A stretch of DNA of 32,000 bases from Patescibacteria group bacterium. GTDB taxonomy: Bacteria > Patescibacteriota > UBA1384 > XYA2-FULL-43-10. The notes below the pieces were generated by a model. The model was given only the letters and a program-made list of their open reading frames with translations. It did not search any database and was not told where the DNA came from. Position 1 is the stretch's first letter, and every line of letters starts with the position of its first letter. Position numbers and translations under genes: made by a program. Shown one piece after another: positions 8,401 through 15,449 of the stretch. The stretch is taken from positions 1 through 32,000 of the forward strand of contig JBAYVT010000003.1 of NCBI GenBank assembly GCA_041674405.1, written 5' to 3'.

Positions 8401-8984
8401 TCAAAGAAGGTACCCATACGCTAGGTATAGTTTTGTCTGATACTGAAGGCAACACAACTTCATCTTCGATAAATATCGAGATTGCCCAAAATGTAACTGC
8501 TACAATTATTTCTCCAGCAAATCAAAACTATCTTTCGAACCAAAAAATTGATCTTGTGGTGAATGTTCAGCCAACAAGCGAAAATGTCGTAATTCTAATC
8601 GACGGTAAACAAGTTCCTAACAATACAAAAATTGATTTAATCGGTTACCATCTCGGCAGACATACCATCGAAGTTCAGTTCGGTGATAAAATTATCGCCT
8701 CATCGGAATTTCAAATCGTAACAAATTATGACGACACAAGAAGTATTGTGGCTCGATTATCAAGAGAAAGGCACATTAAAAATGCAGGGATTGCACATGC
8801 GATAATTTCAAAATTGAAAACCGCTCAAATGATGGGCAAACGAAAGAACCCTATCCCCGAGAAAACAGCATTAATAAAGCTTGCATTATATATATTCAGG
8901 CAATCAATCGGGTCCAATGCAAAAATCGATGGCTACGCAAGGAATATTTTATTAGAACATATTAGTTATTTGGTAAAAGATTGA
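5472..8984 (+). CDS. Exported multidomain protein: PQQ/WD-like beta-propeller, PHP (CehA-like) metallophosphoesterase, Ig-like repeats, C-terminal FIMAH-like domain
   Basis: Signal peptide with LLILFAQSCSA; repeated YRLSDGQIIWQ/YSLDAETGDQNW blades; GQIHCHYIPD, YKEKGYDFVALTEHN, GIAILAHPDSW, FLTAGDDYTPG; Ig-like DIEPPSVSLVEP...; C-terminus RHIKNAGIAHAIISKLKTAQ resembles FIMAH. Confidence 0.85.
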   Translation: MKALIKLSAAIAAFLLILFAQSCSASDWPTQNSNNQNNPLAFDTFREGNNSYSINLGTITTGPTNVVANGIIYSTAEPASKTLSAYRLSDGQIIWQKSYNTSIYNIVYDSRNIYFASDEFYSLDAETGDQNWKSSICGTKICKVLRIDGNNIYGYRTTSIPSAQIILLDKISSNLIAQNTTASTTMNIDVEIDNSSLYLMSQYSGGAITNVYKLNKSDLTLEKQLDNCPVRAYGGLLDIEYSKLYLSADTVLCTYDLNTLTLNKNLSAGTFGAFVKYGNNIYGKGSYSVSSFGANETTPLPKFFQTIGMTPSSNALVVNGVLYYGTNTGKIWGYNLETGQQKTWDIEVGSAINSLKYSDGHFIITSRVSNLYKLFVVDLNNLSLRLTNFTLNISSPYNLSGTNQYLGQIHCHYIPDFAIWNKIWNREPSPEFTANAYKEKGYDFVALTEHNQVVSMPVTDGILQIQNSEESTQGLGKHHLLALGINDPINDESSDQDRINQINSQNGIAILAHPDSWVYGALSATIEKLSGLKYLETYSHGTKQYMPDAFAFDDFDYLLSKRNNKFLTAGDDYTPGDGFIDGGAIVVFAQNNSQLEIMNNIRNGNFYALQGSGAPRINNISADSISMSISVNEPSTITFIGKNGNKLKSEKNASSSIYSFQGDEIYVRAEIKSDKTGKYAWSQPIYISEDQQSITIGSGLHTTTLENMILNSNSNNAIFAKTVATQDTPSATPPTGYLSPIYQFTTEGQVNPGTILSISYKHENLPVNPKKLSIYSFDELSNSWNPIPSVVDEENMSVAANLEHFSYYTLGADIPDDIEPPSVSLVEPVDLSNISGETLLVANASDNEAVVSVKFYLDQKLIDTDLDSRNGWTANLDSTNTISGIHKLTITAEDLAGNLSSENYDVTIASHIAAPTISLNSPSENQRLFVDSDIQGNYLSSITVEQIGIYLDNVFVKNASVDKEKSTFLEKMNWSQFKEGTHTLGIVLSDTEGNTTSSSINIEIAQNVTATIISPANQNYLSNQKIDLVVNVQPTSENVVILIDGKQVPNNTKIDLIGYHLGRHTIEVQFGDKIIASSEFQIVTNYDDTRSIVARLSRERHIKNAGIAHAIISKLKTAQMMGKRKNPIPEKTALIKLALYIFRQSIGSNAKIDGYARNILLEHISYLVKD

Positions 8985-8987
8985 ACA

Positions 8988-9245
8988 TCACAAAGCCACA
9001 AATATACCGAATAATCCAACCGCTAGAATTACAATCGACAATATCATCCCAATCACACTCACCCAGAGAGGATATTTTTTGCGATATGTAATTAAAAAAA
9101 TTATAGGGTAGATAATCAACAATACTAATAATGCTCTATATCCCCAAATTAGAAAAAATAACGAGATAACAAAAAGCAACAAGGCTATAGTTCCGCTAAT
9201 TGATGTTTTATTTTTCATTTCCCTCCTTAATTTTATTTTCAACAT
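8988..9245 (-). CDS. Small hydrophobic membrane protein
   Basis: 85 aa with three hydrophobic segments; TTTTTCATTTCCCTCCTTAA gives a GGAGG upstream on the minus strand of an ATG a few codons into the ORF. Confidence 0.6.
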   Translation of the reverse strand: MLKIKLRREMKNKTSISGTIALLLFVISLFFLIWGYRALLVLLIIYPIIFLITYRKKYPLWVSVIGMILSIVILAVGLFGIFVAL

Positions 9246-9252
9246 TCATTAT

Positions 9253-9341
9253 AAAACAAACTGATCAATTTATCTAGCCGCTTGGGCTAACTCGCAAACG
9301 TAACACTTTCTTCGCGACCGCGGAAGAATTGTTACGTTTTT
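9253..9341. repeat. 89-bp dispersed hairpin element, copy B
   Basis: 88/89 identical to 3912-4000 (GACCGCGG versus GACCACGG). Confidence 0.92.
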
Positions 9342-9364
9342 CTTCTTGATATGAATTCTAGAAA

Positions 9365-10510
9365 TTATTTTTTATTTACTAAGTCGTTCAGGATTCGCCA
9401 GCGACGCTGTTTTTCGCTCCAGAGAACAGGATCACCGAGCTTGTAAGCTGCAGTGCCGGAGCGGGGTGAATACTTGTTGACGTAGGCAAGAGAAAAATTA
9501 ACTTTTTTGAAAACTTCTATAGTTTCTTCGAAATCCTTTTCTGTTTCCCCCGGAAATCCAACTATTACATCTGTTGTGATCTTGATATCCGAATTTGCTT
9601 TTCGAATTTTGTCGATAATTTTCAAATATTGTGATTTTGTATAGGGGCGATTCATTGCTTTCAAAATTTTATCCGATCCGGATTGGAGCGGAAGGTGAAT
9701 CTCTTTTTTGACTTTTGGCAATATCGCAACTGCTTCAATAATATCACCTGCCATGTCCTTTGGGTGGTTCGACATAAAAGAAATAATGAAATTGCCCGGG
9801 AGATCATTTAAATCTTCCAGTAGTATGGCAAAATCAGATTTACTTTTAAGTTTTGAGTTGAGATCCCTCGACTCCGCTCGGGATGACTCCGCTGCGTCGC
9901 TTTTGATCCCGAAGGGACCCCCTTGGGGCTTTGTCTTTTGATTTATTTTGTATGAATTTACGTTTTGCCCCAAAAGCATGATTTCTGACTCACCACGATG
10001 GATTAGCGCCTTTACATCTAGTATGACATCTTCATACGGCCTCGACTTTTCCCGTCCGCGAGTATAAGGTACAGCACAATATGAACAAAAATTATTGCAC
10101 CCAATCATAATAGGCACATAATTGCTAGTATTGCCTGCCCCGAGCGCAGTCGAAGGGTTGAATTTTTGGATTGTTAAATTGCTGGATGGGCCTACATCTT
10201 TAGGCAATAATTTAGCAAGAGATTCAAAACTAGATGAATCGAATAGCTTGATGCCCCTACTCGTAAATTTCTTTTTGTCGCTATCAAGAATGCAGCCACC
10301 GACCAGAATTTTCTTATCCTTCCAATTTTTTATCCGGCCAAATATGCGGTCGATTGCAGTTTGCCGTACAGAGCAGGCGAGGATAATGACTATTTCTGCG
10401 TCTGCCGGTTTTTTAGTTTCCAAAAAATCAAGCTGGTCGAGAAAATATTTAACTCTCGCGCCATCCCATTCATTGTATTGGCATCCAATTATCCAAAGAT
10501 AATATTTCAT
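9365..10510 (-). CDS. miaB: MiaB-like radical SAM methylthiotransferase, lacking an obvious TRAM domain
   Basis: GCQYNEWD, ILACSVRQTA, CNNFCSYCAVPYTRGREKSRP, LLGQNVNSY, HLPLQSGSDKILKAMNR, DVIVGFPGETEKDF; ends shortly after RWRILNDLVNKK. Confidence 0.92.
   Translation of the reverse strand: MKYYLWIIGCQYNEWDGARVKYFLDQLDFLETKKPADAEIVIILACSVRQTAIDRIFGRIKNWKDKKILVGGCILDSDKKKFTSRGIKLFDSSSFESLAKLLPKDVGPSSNLTIQKFNPSTALGAGNTSNYVPIMIGCNNFCSYCAVPYTRGREKSRPYEDVILDVKALIHRGESEIMLLGQNVNSYKINQKTKPQGGPFGIKSDAAESSRAESRDLNSKLKSKSDFAILLEDLNDLPGNFIISFMSNHPKDMAGDIIEAVAILPKVKKEIHLPLQSGSDKILKAMNRPYTKSQYLKIIDKIRKANSDIKITTDVIVGFPGETEKDFEETIEVFKKVNFSLAYVNKYSPRSGTAAYKLGDPVLWSEKQRRWRILNDLVNKK
9865..9882. repeat. CCCTTCGR-type palindromic element, copy 1 (inside miaB)
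   Basis: CCCTCGACTCCGCTCGGG on the plus strand; related to 10138-10157 and 14076-14095. Confidence 0.7.
9908..9928. repeat. CCCGAAGGGACCCCCTTGGGG element (inside miaB)
   Basis: Related to the reverse complement of GACCCAAAGGGTCCCCTTCGGGGT at 14437-14460. Confidence 0.65.
10138..10157. repeat. CCCTTCGR-type palindromic element, copy 2 (inside miaB)
   Basis: Minus strand CCCTTCGACTGCGCTCGGGG, encoding PSTALG. Confidence 0.7.
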
Positions 10511-10564
10511 CTGTAATTACAAAATGCCTGAAATCAGGCATTTTGTAAATTTATTTATATCAAA

Positions 10565-11263
10565 TTATTCTTCTTTTTTCTCTTCAGCCGGGGTTTCTTC
10601 AGAACCTTCAGCAGTCTCAGCTTCGCCAGCTTCTTCACCTTCGGCTTTTTCGCCTTCAACTTCGACAGCTTCCACATTTTCGACAACTTCTTCGTTCAGA
10701 GCCTCAAGCTCTTCCTCTGATCTCGGTGGCTGGACAATAACAACTACCTCTTCCGGATCATCAAGGATTTCGATCTTATCCGAAACTCGCAAGTCTCCCA
10801 CTTTGATATTTTGTTCAAAGTCGGTCAAGACCGAAACATCAACATCGATGTGGTCCACAAGATCGGATGGCAAACACTCTACTTCGACAGCGTCTTTGTT
10901 CATGATCATGCTGCCTTCCTGGTTGATAACAAGATCGGTTTCTCCGATGATTTCAAGAGGAATTTCAGTTTTAATCTTTTCTTTAAGATTAACCTTGTAA
11001 AAATCAATGTGTTCGATTTTCTCAGTCACCGGATTTGTTTGAATTTCATGAATAAGGACTTTGATCTTCTGGTCTCCAACGCCAAGATCGACAAGGTTTG
11101 ACGATCCCGCGTCACGGAAAAGCCTGTTAAATGCAGTTTCGTCTACAGAAATATTGATAGGATCGAAACCTTTTCCATAAATTATTGCAGGAATTTTTCC
11201 TGCGTTTCTTATTTTTTTTGCGTTCTCTTCGCGCTTTTCAGCACTAAAGGTAAAATCTGTCAT
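10565..11263 (-). CDS. rplY: 50S ribosomal protein bL25 (CTC family) with a Glu-rich C-terminal tail
   Basis: FTFSAEKREENAKKIRNAGKIPAIIYGKG, HIDFYKVNLKEKIKTEIPLEIIGE, VEVECLPSDLVDHIDVDVSVLTDFEQNIKVGDL; ORF extends to 11275 with an alternative start. Confidence 0.92.
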   Translation of the reverse strand: MTDFTFSAEKREENAKKIRNAGKIPAIIYGKGFDPINISVDETAFNRLFRDAGSSNLVDLGVGDQKIKVLIHEIQTNPVTEKIEHIDFYKVNLKEKIKTEIPLEIIGETDLVINQEGSMIMNKDAVEVECLPSDLVDHIDVDVSVLTDFEQNIKVGDLRVSDKIEILDDPEEVVVIVQPPRSEEELEALNEEVVENVEAVEVEGEKAEGEEAGEAETAEGSEETPAEEKKEE

Positions 11264-11303
11264 TTCTGCTCCCAAAATGATGAGTATATATCAGTGCAAA
11301 AGA

Positions 11304-11606
11304 CTAAATCTCCTGCTTGAAAATTTCCTGGAATGTCCCCTTAAATTCTTTTAGGAACTTGTGAGTTTCAATTACGTCGTTTGAAATAATTGGATCACCC
11401 GACTTGTTGGTAATTGCAGCCTTGTCATTCAACATGACTGTTGCCAAAAGGGGCATGTGATCTTTACACAAAAGTTCGAGGAAACAGACAGAATCAACAA
11501 CCCCTCGAATTTTTATGTCATCAAAACAATACTGCTTGCCGCATTGAGGGCAACGGACATTTTTCTGAACGGTGCGGATCAAATTCGACAGGTCATTGTG
11601 ATTCAT
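11304..11606 (-). CDS. Small zinc-ribbon protein, function unknown
   Basis: NVRCPQCGKQYCFDDI ... LLCKDH; complete 100-aa ORF. Confidence 0.6.
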   Translation of the reverse strand: MNHNDLSNLIRTVQKNVRCPQCGKQYCFDDIKIRGVVDSVCFLELLCKDHMPLLATVMLNDKAAITNKSGDPIISNDVIETHKFLKEFKGTFQEIFKQEI

Positions 11607-11654
11607 ATCTTAACGCATTATACCCAATTAAACCTAAAAAAGTCAAGTGTGATT

Positions 11655-13655
11655 CTACTTCATCTTAGATTCCAAAATTGTGATTGAGTCGCGAATTTCA
11701 GCTGCTTTTTCAAATTCCAAATTTTTAGCAGCTTCGTACATGTCACGCTCAAGCTCAAAAATCTGTTTTTTCTTTTCACTTTTTGAGAGTACAACAAAAT
11801 CTTTTTCAATAAATTGTAATTTTTTCTCTTGTTTAATTTCTTTTTCTTTCACTGCTTTCTCAATGCTTTTTGGAATAATTCCATGAACTTTATTATATCG
11901 ATCTTGAAGTACCCTTCTCCTTTGGGTTTCGGAAATTGCATACTTCATTGACCTGGTGATGGTGTCGGCATACATGATCACTTTGCCATCTTTGTGCCGT
12001 GCCGCACGGCCAATGGTTTGGATCAAAGAAACAGAAGATCGTAAAAATCCTTCTTTGTCAGCATCCAAAATCGCCACAAGCGAAACTTCGGGCAAATCCA
12101 GACCCTCACGTAGGAGATTTATTCCGACAAGAACGTCAAATTCACCCAGCCTCAAGGAGTGTAATATTTCTGATCGTTCCAATGTGTCGATATCAGAATG
12201 CAAATACTGAACCTTGATTTTTTTCTCAGCCAAAAAGTCAGTGAGTTCTTCTGCCATACGCTTAGTTAGTGTGGTAACTAAAACTCTTTCATGTTTCTCC
12301 GTTCGCTTTTCCATTTCAGAGATCAAATCATTTATTTGGCCTTCTGTTTTTCGAATCTCAACCTCCGGATCCAAAAGCCCGGTCGGACGAATTAATTGTT
12401 CAATAACCGCTGGATAATCCTTGTGCTTACCAGAAACTTCATTATCTTTGGTGCTTTTTTCAATTTCATACTCGTCCGGCGTTGCCGAAGTATATATTGT
12501 TTGGCTTATTTTTTTGTAAAATTCAGGAAATTTAAGCGGGCGATTGTCGATTGCTGCTGGCAACCTAAATCCATATTCAACCAGCTTTTCTTTTCGAGCC
12601 CGATCGCCAGCATACATACCCCGAACCTGAGGAATTGTCATGTGAGATTCATCAATCACTAAAAGAAAATCTTTGGGAAAGTAATCGATGAGCACATTTG
12701 GTGGTTCGCCAGGATTCCTGCTATCAAAATATCTTGAATAATTCTCAATACCGGAACAATAACCGACATTCTCAATCATCTCAAGATCATAATTTGTCCT
12801 TTCTTCTATCCTTTGGGCTTCAAGAAGTTTTCCATCTGATTTAAATTTTGCAACCTGTGCCTCAAGATCTTTTCGAATTTGTTCCGTGGCTCGTTTTTGA
12901 ATATTTTCCGGAGTGATAAAATGTTTCGCAGGAAATACCTCAAATTCCTCCAAGTCTTGCAATTTACCTCCGGTAACCCAATCGATTTCTGAAATTCTTT
13001 CAACCTGATTGCCAAAAAATTCCACTTTAATGGAGTTATTCGCATAGGCGGGAAATATTTCAAAGGTATCACCCTTTAGGCGAAAGGTACCACGTTTGAG
13101 CTCCAGGTCGTTACGGCTGTACTGCTGGTTGGTTAATTTTTTCAAGAACTCGTCACGGGAAATATTTTCACCAATTCGAAATGTAAAGTTTTCTGACCGA
13201 TACAATTCCGGCGAACCGATGCCATAGATGCAGGATACCGACGCGACTATAATTACATCTTTGCGGGTCAAGAGCGCATGAGTGGCTGCGTGGCGCAATC
13301 GATCAATTTCATCATTAATTGATGAATCTTTTTCTATATATGTGTCGGTCTGTGGTATATACGCTTCGGGCTGGTAATAATCATAATAAGAAACAAAATA
13401 ATGAACTGCATTTTCTGGGAAAAATTCGCGGAATTCGTCTGCGAGCTGGGCCGCAAGAGTTTTGTTGTGGGCAATAACAAGTGTCGGTTTCTGCACTTTT
13501 TCAATAACATTTGCAATCGTAAAAGTTTTTCCCGATCCGGTCACACCCAAAAGGGTCTGATGCTTTACTTTTTCATCAATGTTTTTTGCCAATCTCTCGA
13601 TGGCCTGAGGCTGATCGCCCATTGGCTTAAATTTTGAATGTATTTTAAATTTCAT
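11655..13655 (-). CDS. uvrB: Excinuclease ABC subunit UvrB
   Basis: [74 protein letters not shown] motif at the C-terminus. Confidence 0.98.
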   Translation of the reverse strand: MKFKIHSKFKPMGDQPQAIERLAKNIDEKVKHQTLLGVTGSGKTFTIANVIEKVQKPTLVIAHNKTLAAQLADEFREFFPENAVHYFVSYYDYYQPEAYIPQTDTYIEKDSSINDEIDRLRHAATHALLTRKDVIIVASVSCIYGIGSPELYRSENFTFRIGENISRDEFLKKLTNQQYSRNDLELKRGTFRLKGDTFEIFPAYANNSIKVEFFGNQVERISEIDWVTGGKLQDLEEFEVFPAKHFITPENIQKRATEQIRKDLEAQVAKFKSDGKLLEAQRIEERTNYDLEMIENVGYCSGIENYSRYFDSRNPGEPPNVLIDYFPKDFLLVIDESHMTIPQVRGMYAGDRARKEKLVEYGFRLPAAIDNRPLKFPEFYKKISQTIYTSATPDEYEIEKSTKDNEVSGKHKDYPAVIEQLIRPTGLLDPEVEIRKTEGQINDLISEMEKRTEKHERVLVTTLTKRMAEELTDFLAEKKIKVQYLHSDIDTLERSEILHSLRLGEFDVLVGINLLREGLDLPEVSLVAILDADKEGFLRSSVSLIQTIGRAARHKDGKVIMYADTITRSMKYAISETQRRRVLQDRYNKVHGIIPKSIEKAVKEKEIKQEKKLQFIEKDFVVLSKSEKKKQIFELERDMYEAAKNLEFEKAAEIRDSITILESKMK

Positions 13656-14323
13656 TTTTTGTGTTCATTCCGCCATTTTTCGATTTCTGCATGATTTCCG
13701 TTCTGCAAAACTTCAGGTACTTTCCACCCATTATATTCCACCGGTCGGGTATATACTGGATAGTCGGATTCATCGCCGTTCATAAATGATTCGTTGGCAG
13801 CAGATTCCTCTTTGATTACACCCGGAATCATCCTTGATATTGTATCAATCATCACCATTGCCGGAAGTTCTCCACCGGTTAGGACATAATCGCCAATTGA
13901 AATTTCTTCATCAACCAAATGCTCGTGAATTCGCTGGTCAAAACCTTCATAATGCCCGGCAATAAGTGTGAGCTCATCATATTTTGCAAGCTCGATAGCC
14001 TTCTTTTGATCAAATTTCGTGCCAGTTGGAGTTAATAAAATAGTTCTTACTTTTTTTCGATTTGAGATTTGCCCGCCCTGAGCGAGGCCGAAGGGAGATT
14101 TGAGATTTGAGATTGCGTGATCGACAATGTCGACGCGCAAAACCATCCCGGCGCCACCACCATACGGGGTATCATCGACGGTTTTGTGCTTGTCGATGGC
14201 AAAATCGCGCAAATTTATGAGGTTGATATCGATTAAACTATTTTTCTGAGCACGTTTAAGAATACTCTCAGAGAGAGGCCCCTCGAACATCTTTGGAAAT
14301 AATGTAATGACATTGAATTTCAT
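13652..14323 (-). CDS. trmD: tRNA (guanine-N1)-methyltransferase TrmD
   Basis: [83 protein letters not shown]. Confidence 0.97.
   Translation of the reverse strand: MKFNVITLFPKMFEGPLSESILKRAQKNSLIDINLINLRDFAIDKHKTVDDTPYGGGAGMVLRVDIVDHAISNLKSPFGLAQGGQISNRKKVRTILLTPTGTKFDQKKAIELAKYDELTLIAGHYEGFDQRIHEHLVDEEISIGDYVLTGGELPAMVMIDTISRMIPGVIKEESAANESFMNGDESDYPVYTRPVEYNGWKVPEVLQNGNHAEIEKWRNEHKK
14076..14095. repeat. CCCTTCGR-type palindromic element, copy 3 (inside trmD)
   Basis: Minus strand CCCTTCGGCCTCGCTCAGGG, flanked by AATCTCAAATC-type repeats on both sides. Confidence 0.75.
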
Positions 14324-14436
14324 ATTTGTCCAAAAATTATACTTGATTACTCGTAATTTGTCTATGATAACAAAAAGCCGCTAAACAATTGAGCTGTGGC
14401 GGCTTCTTGTATTGAATGTATTATCTGTGCAAATCT

Positions 14437-14460
14437 GACCCAAAGGGTCCCCTTCGGGGT
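14437..14460. repeat. CCCCGAAGGGGACCCTTTGGG element (between khpA and trmD)
   Basis: GACCCAAAGGGTCCCCTTCGGGGT; related to the element inside miaB at 9908-9928. Confidence 0.65.
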
Positions 14461-14479
14461 GAAATAGATCTGTGAGCGT

Positions 14480-14836
14480 CTATTCTTCGTCCAGTACATC
14501 TCCGGGAATGTCAGACATCTCATCGTTTTTTTCTTCTACTTTTTCTTCTGCAGATTCTTCAGATTTTTCGTCTTTTCTTACGTGATCAGATCCCTCTGGC
14601 TCAACAATCTTCAGGTTAACTCTTGCATTATTTTTGGCCCCGAGAACTCGAAGTAAGGTTCTAATTGATTTTGCAGTTTTTCCCTCTTTACCGATAATTT
14701 TACCCATATCAGCAGGATCAACGGTAAGCTCGATCAAGACTCCCATTTCATCAACAGTTCTCGCAGTTGAAACCTTATCCGGATTGTCAACAATTGCCTT
14801 AACCACGTCTTGCACAAATTGCTCGTCTCTTTCCAT
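14480..14836 (-). CDS. khpA: KH-domain RNA-binding protein KhpA with acidic tail
   Basis: VKAIVDNPDKV, LTVDPADMGKIIGKEGKTAKSIRTLLRVLGAKNNARVNLKI; position between rpsP and trmD. Confidence 0.93.
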   Translation of the reverse strand: MERDEQFVQDVVKAIVDNPDKVSTARTVDEMGVLIELTVDPADMGKIIGKEGKTAKSIRTLLRVLGAKNNARVNLKIVEPEGSDHVRKDEKSEESAEEKVEEKNDEMSDIPGDVLDEE

Positions 14837-14884
14837 AAAAATCCTTTCTTGCTTGTGCCCCCTCGCATTATTAATGAATAATAA

Positions 14885-15403
14885 TTATTCCTTGCTCGTA
14901 TCTTCTGCTTTTACTTCTTCATTTGTCTCAGTATTTTCAGCAGTTTCAGCCGGGACCTCAGTTTGAGACTCGGGTTCCGTTTTTTCTTCTTGTGGCATTT
15001 CGGTATTTTCCGATTCCTGCGTTTCTTCGGCCGGTTCTGCTACTGCGTTATCCCCCTCAACTTCGGCTTCTTTTGTTTCAGCTGCCGGTTTGGCTTCAGC
15101 ACTTTCTTTCATGGCCTTTTTTGTCTTTTCTCTGCCATATACTTTGTTTATTTTGTCGCTTTTTTTCAAAATCCCCAAATCCGCCATTAAATTGCGAACG
15201 GTGTCTGATGGAATTGCGCCTTTTTCCATCCAAAAAAGAGCCCGATCTTTGTCAATAACAATCTCTTTGGGCTGCAAAATTGGATTATAGTGTCCAATTA
15301 CTTCAATAAATTTTCTTTTAACTGCTCTTCTTCTGTCGGCCACAACCACGCGGTAGGCGGGACTGTTTTTCTTGCCAACTCTGGTTAATCTGATTACTAC
15401 CAT
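14885..15403 (-). CDS. rpsP: 30S ribosomal protein bS16 with long acidic tail
   Basis: MVVIRLTRVGKKNSPAYRVVVADRRR, FIEVIGHYNP; ORF extends upstream to 15448 but the conserved N-terminus starts at this ATG. Confidence 0.95.
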   Translation of the reverse strand: MVVIRLTRVGKKNSPAYRVVVADRRRAVKRKFIEVIGHYNPILQPKEIVIDKDRALFWMEKGAIPSDTVRNLMADLGILKKSDKINKVYGREKTKKAMKESAEAKPAAETKEAEVEGDNAVAEPAEETQESENTEMPQEEKTEPESQTEVPAETAENTETNEEVKAEDTSKE

Positions 15404-15449
15404 TATCCTTCTCCCGATTTTCTTATAAGACTGCTCATAGATTAACAAA

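Noticed and set aside
3912-9341. Possible CRISPR array from repeated hairpins
   Set aside because: Only three copies separated by kilobases of genes, no regular spacers and no cas genes.
10524-11000. Ser/Thr-rich 158-aa plus-strand ORF
   Set aside because: It is the antisense of the Glu-rich tail of bL25 (GAA/GAG read as TTC/CTC and Ser codons), so an artefact.
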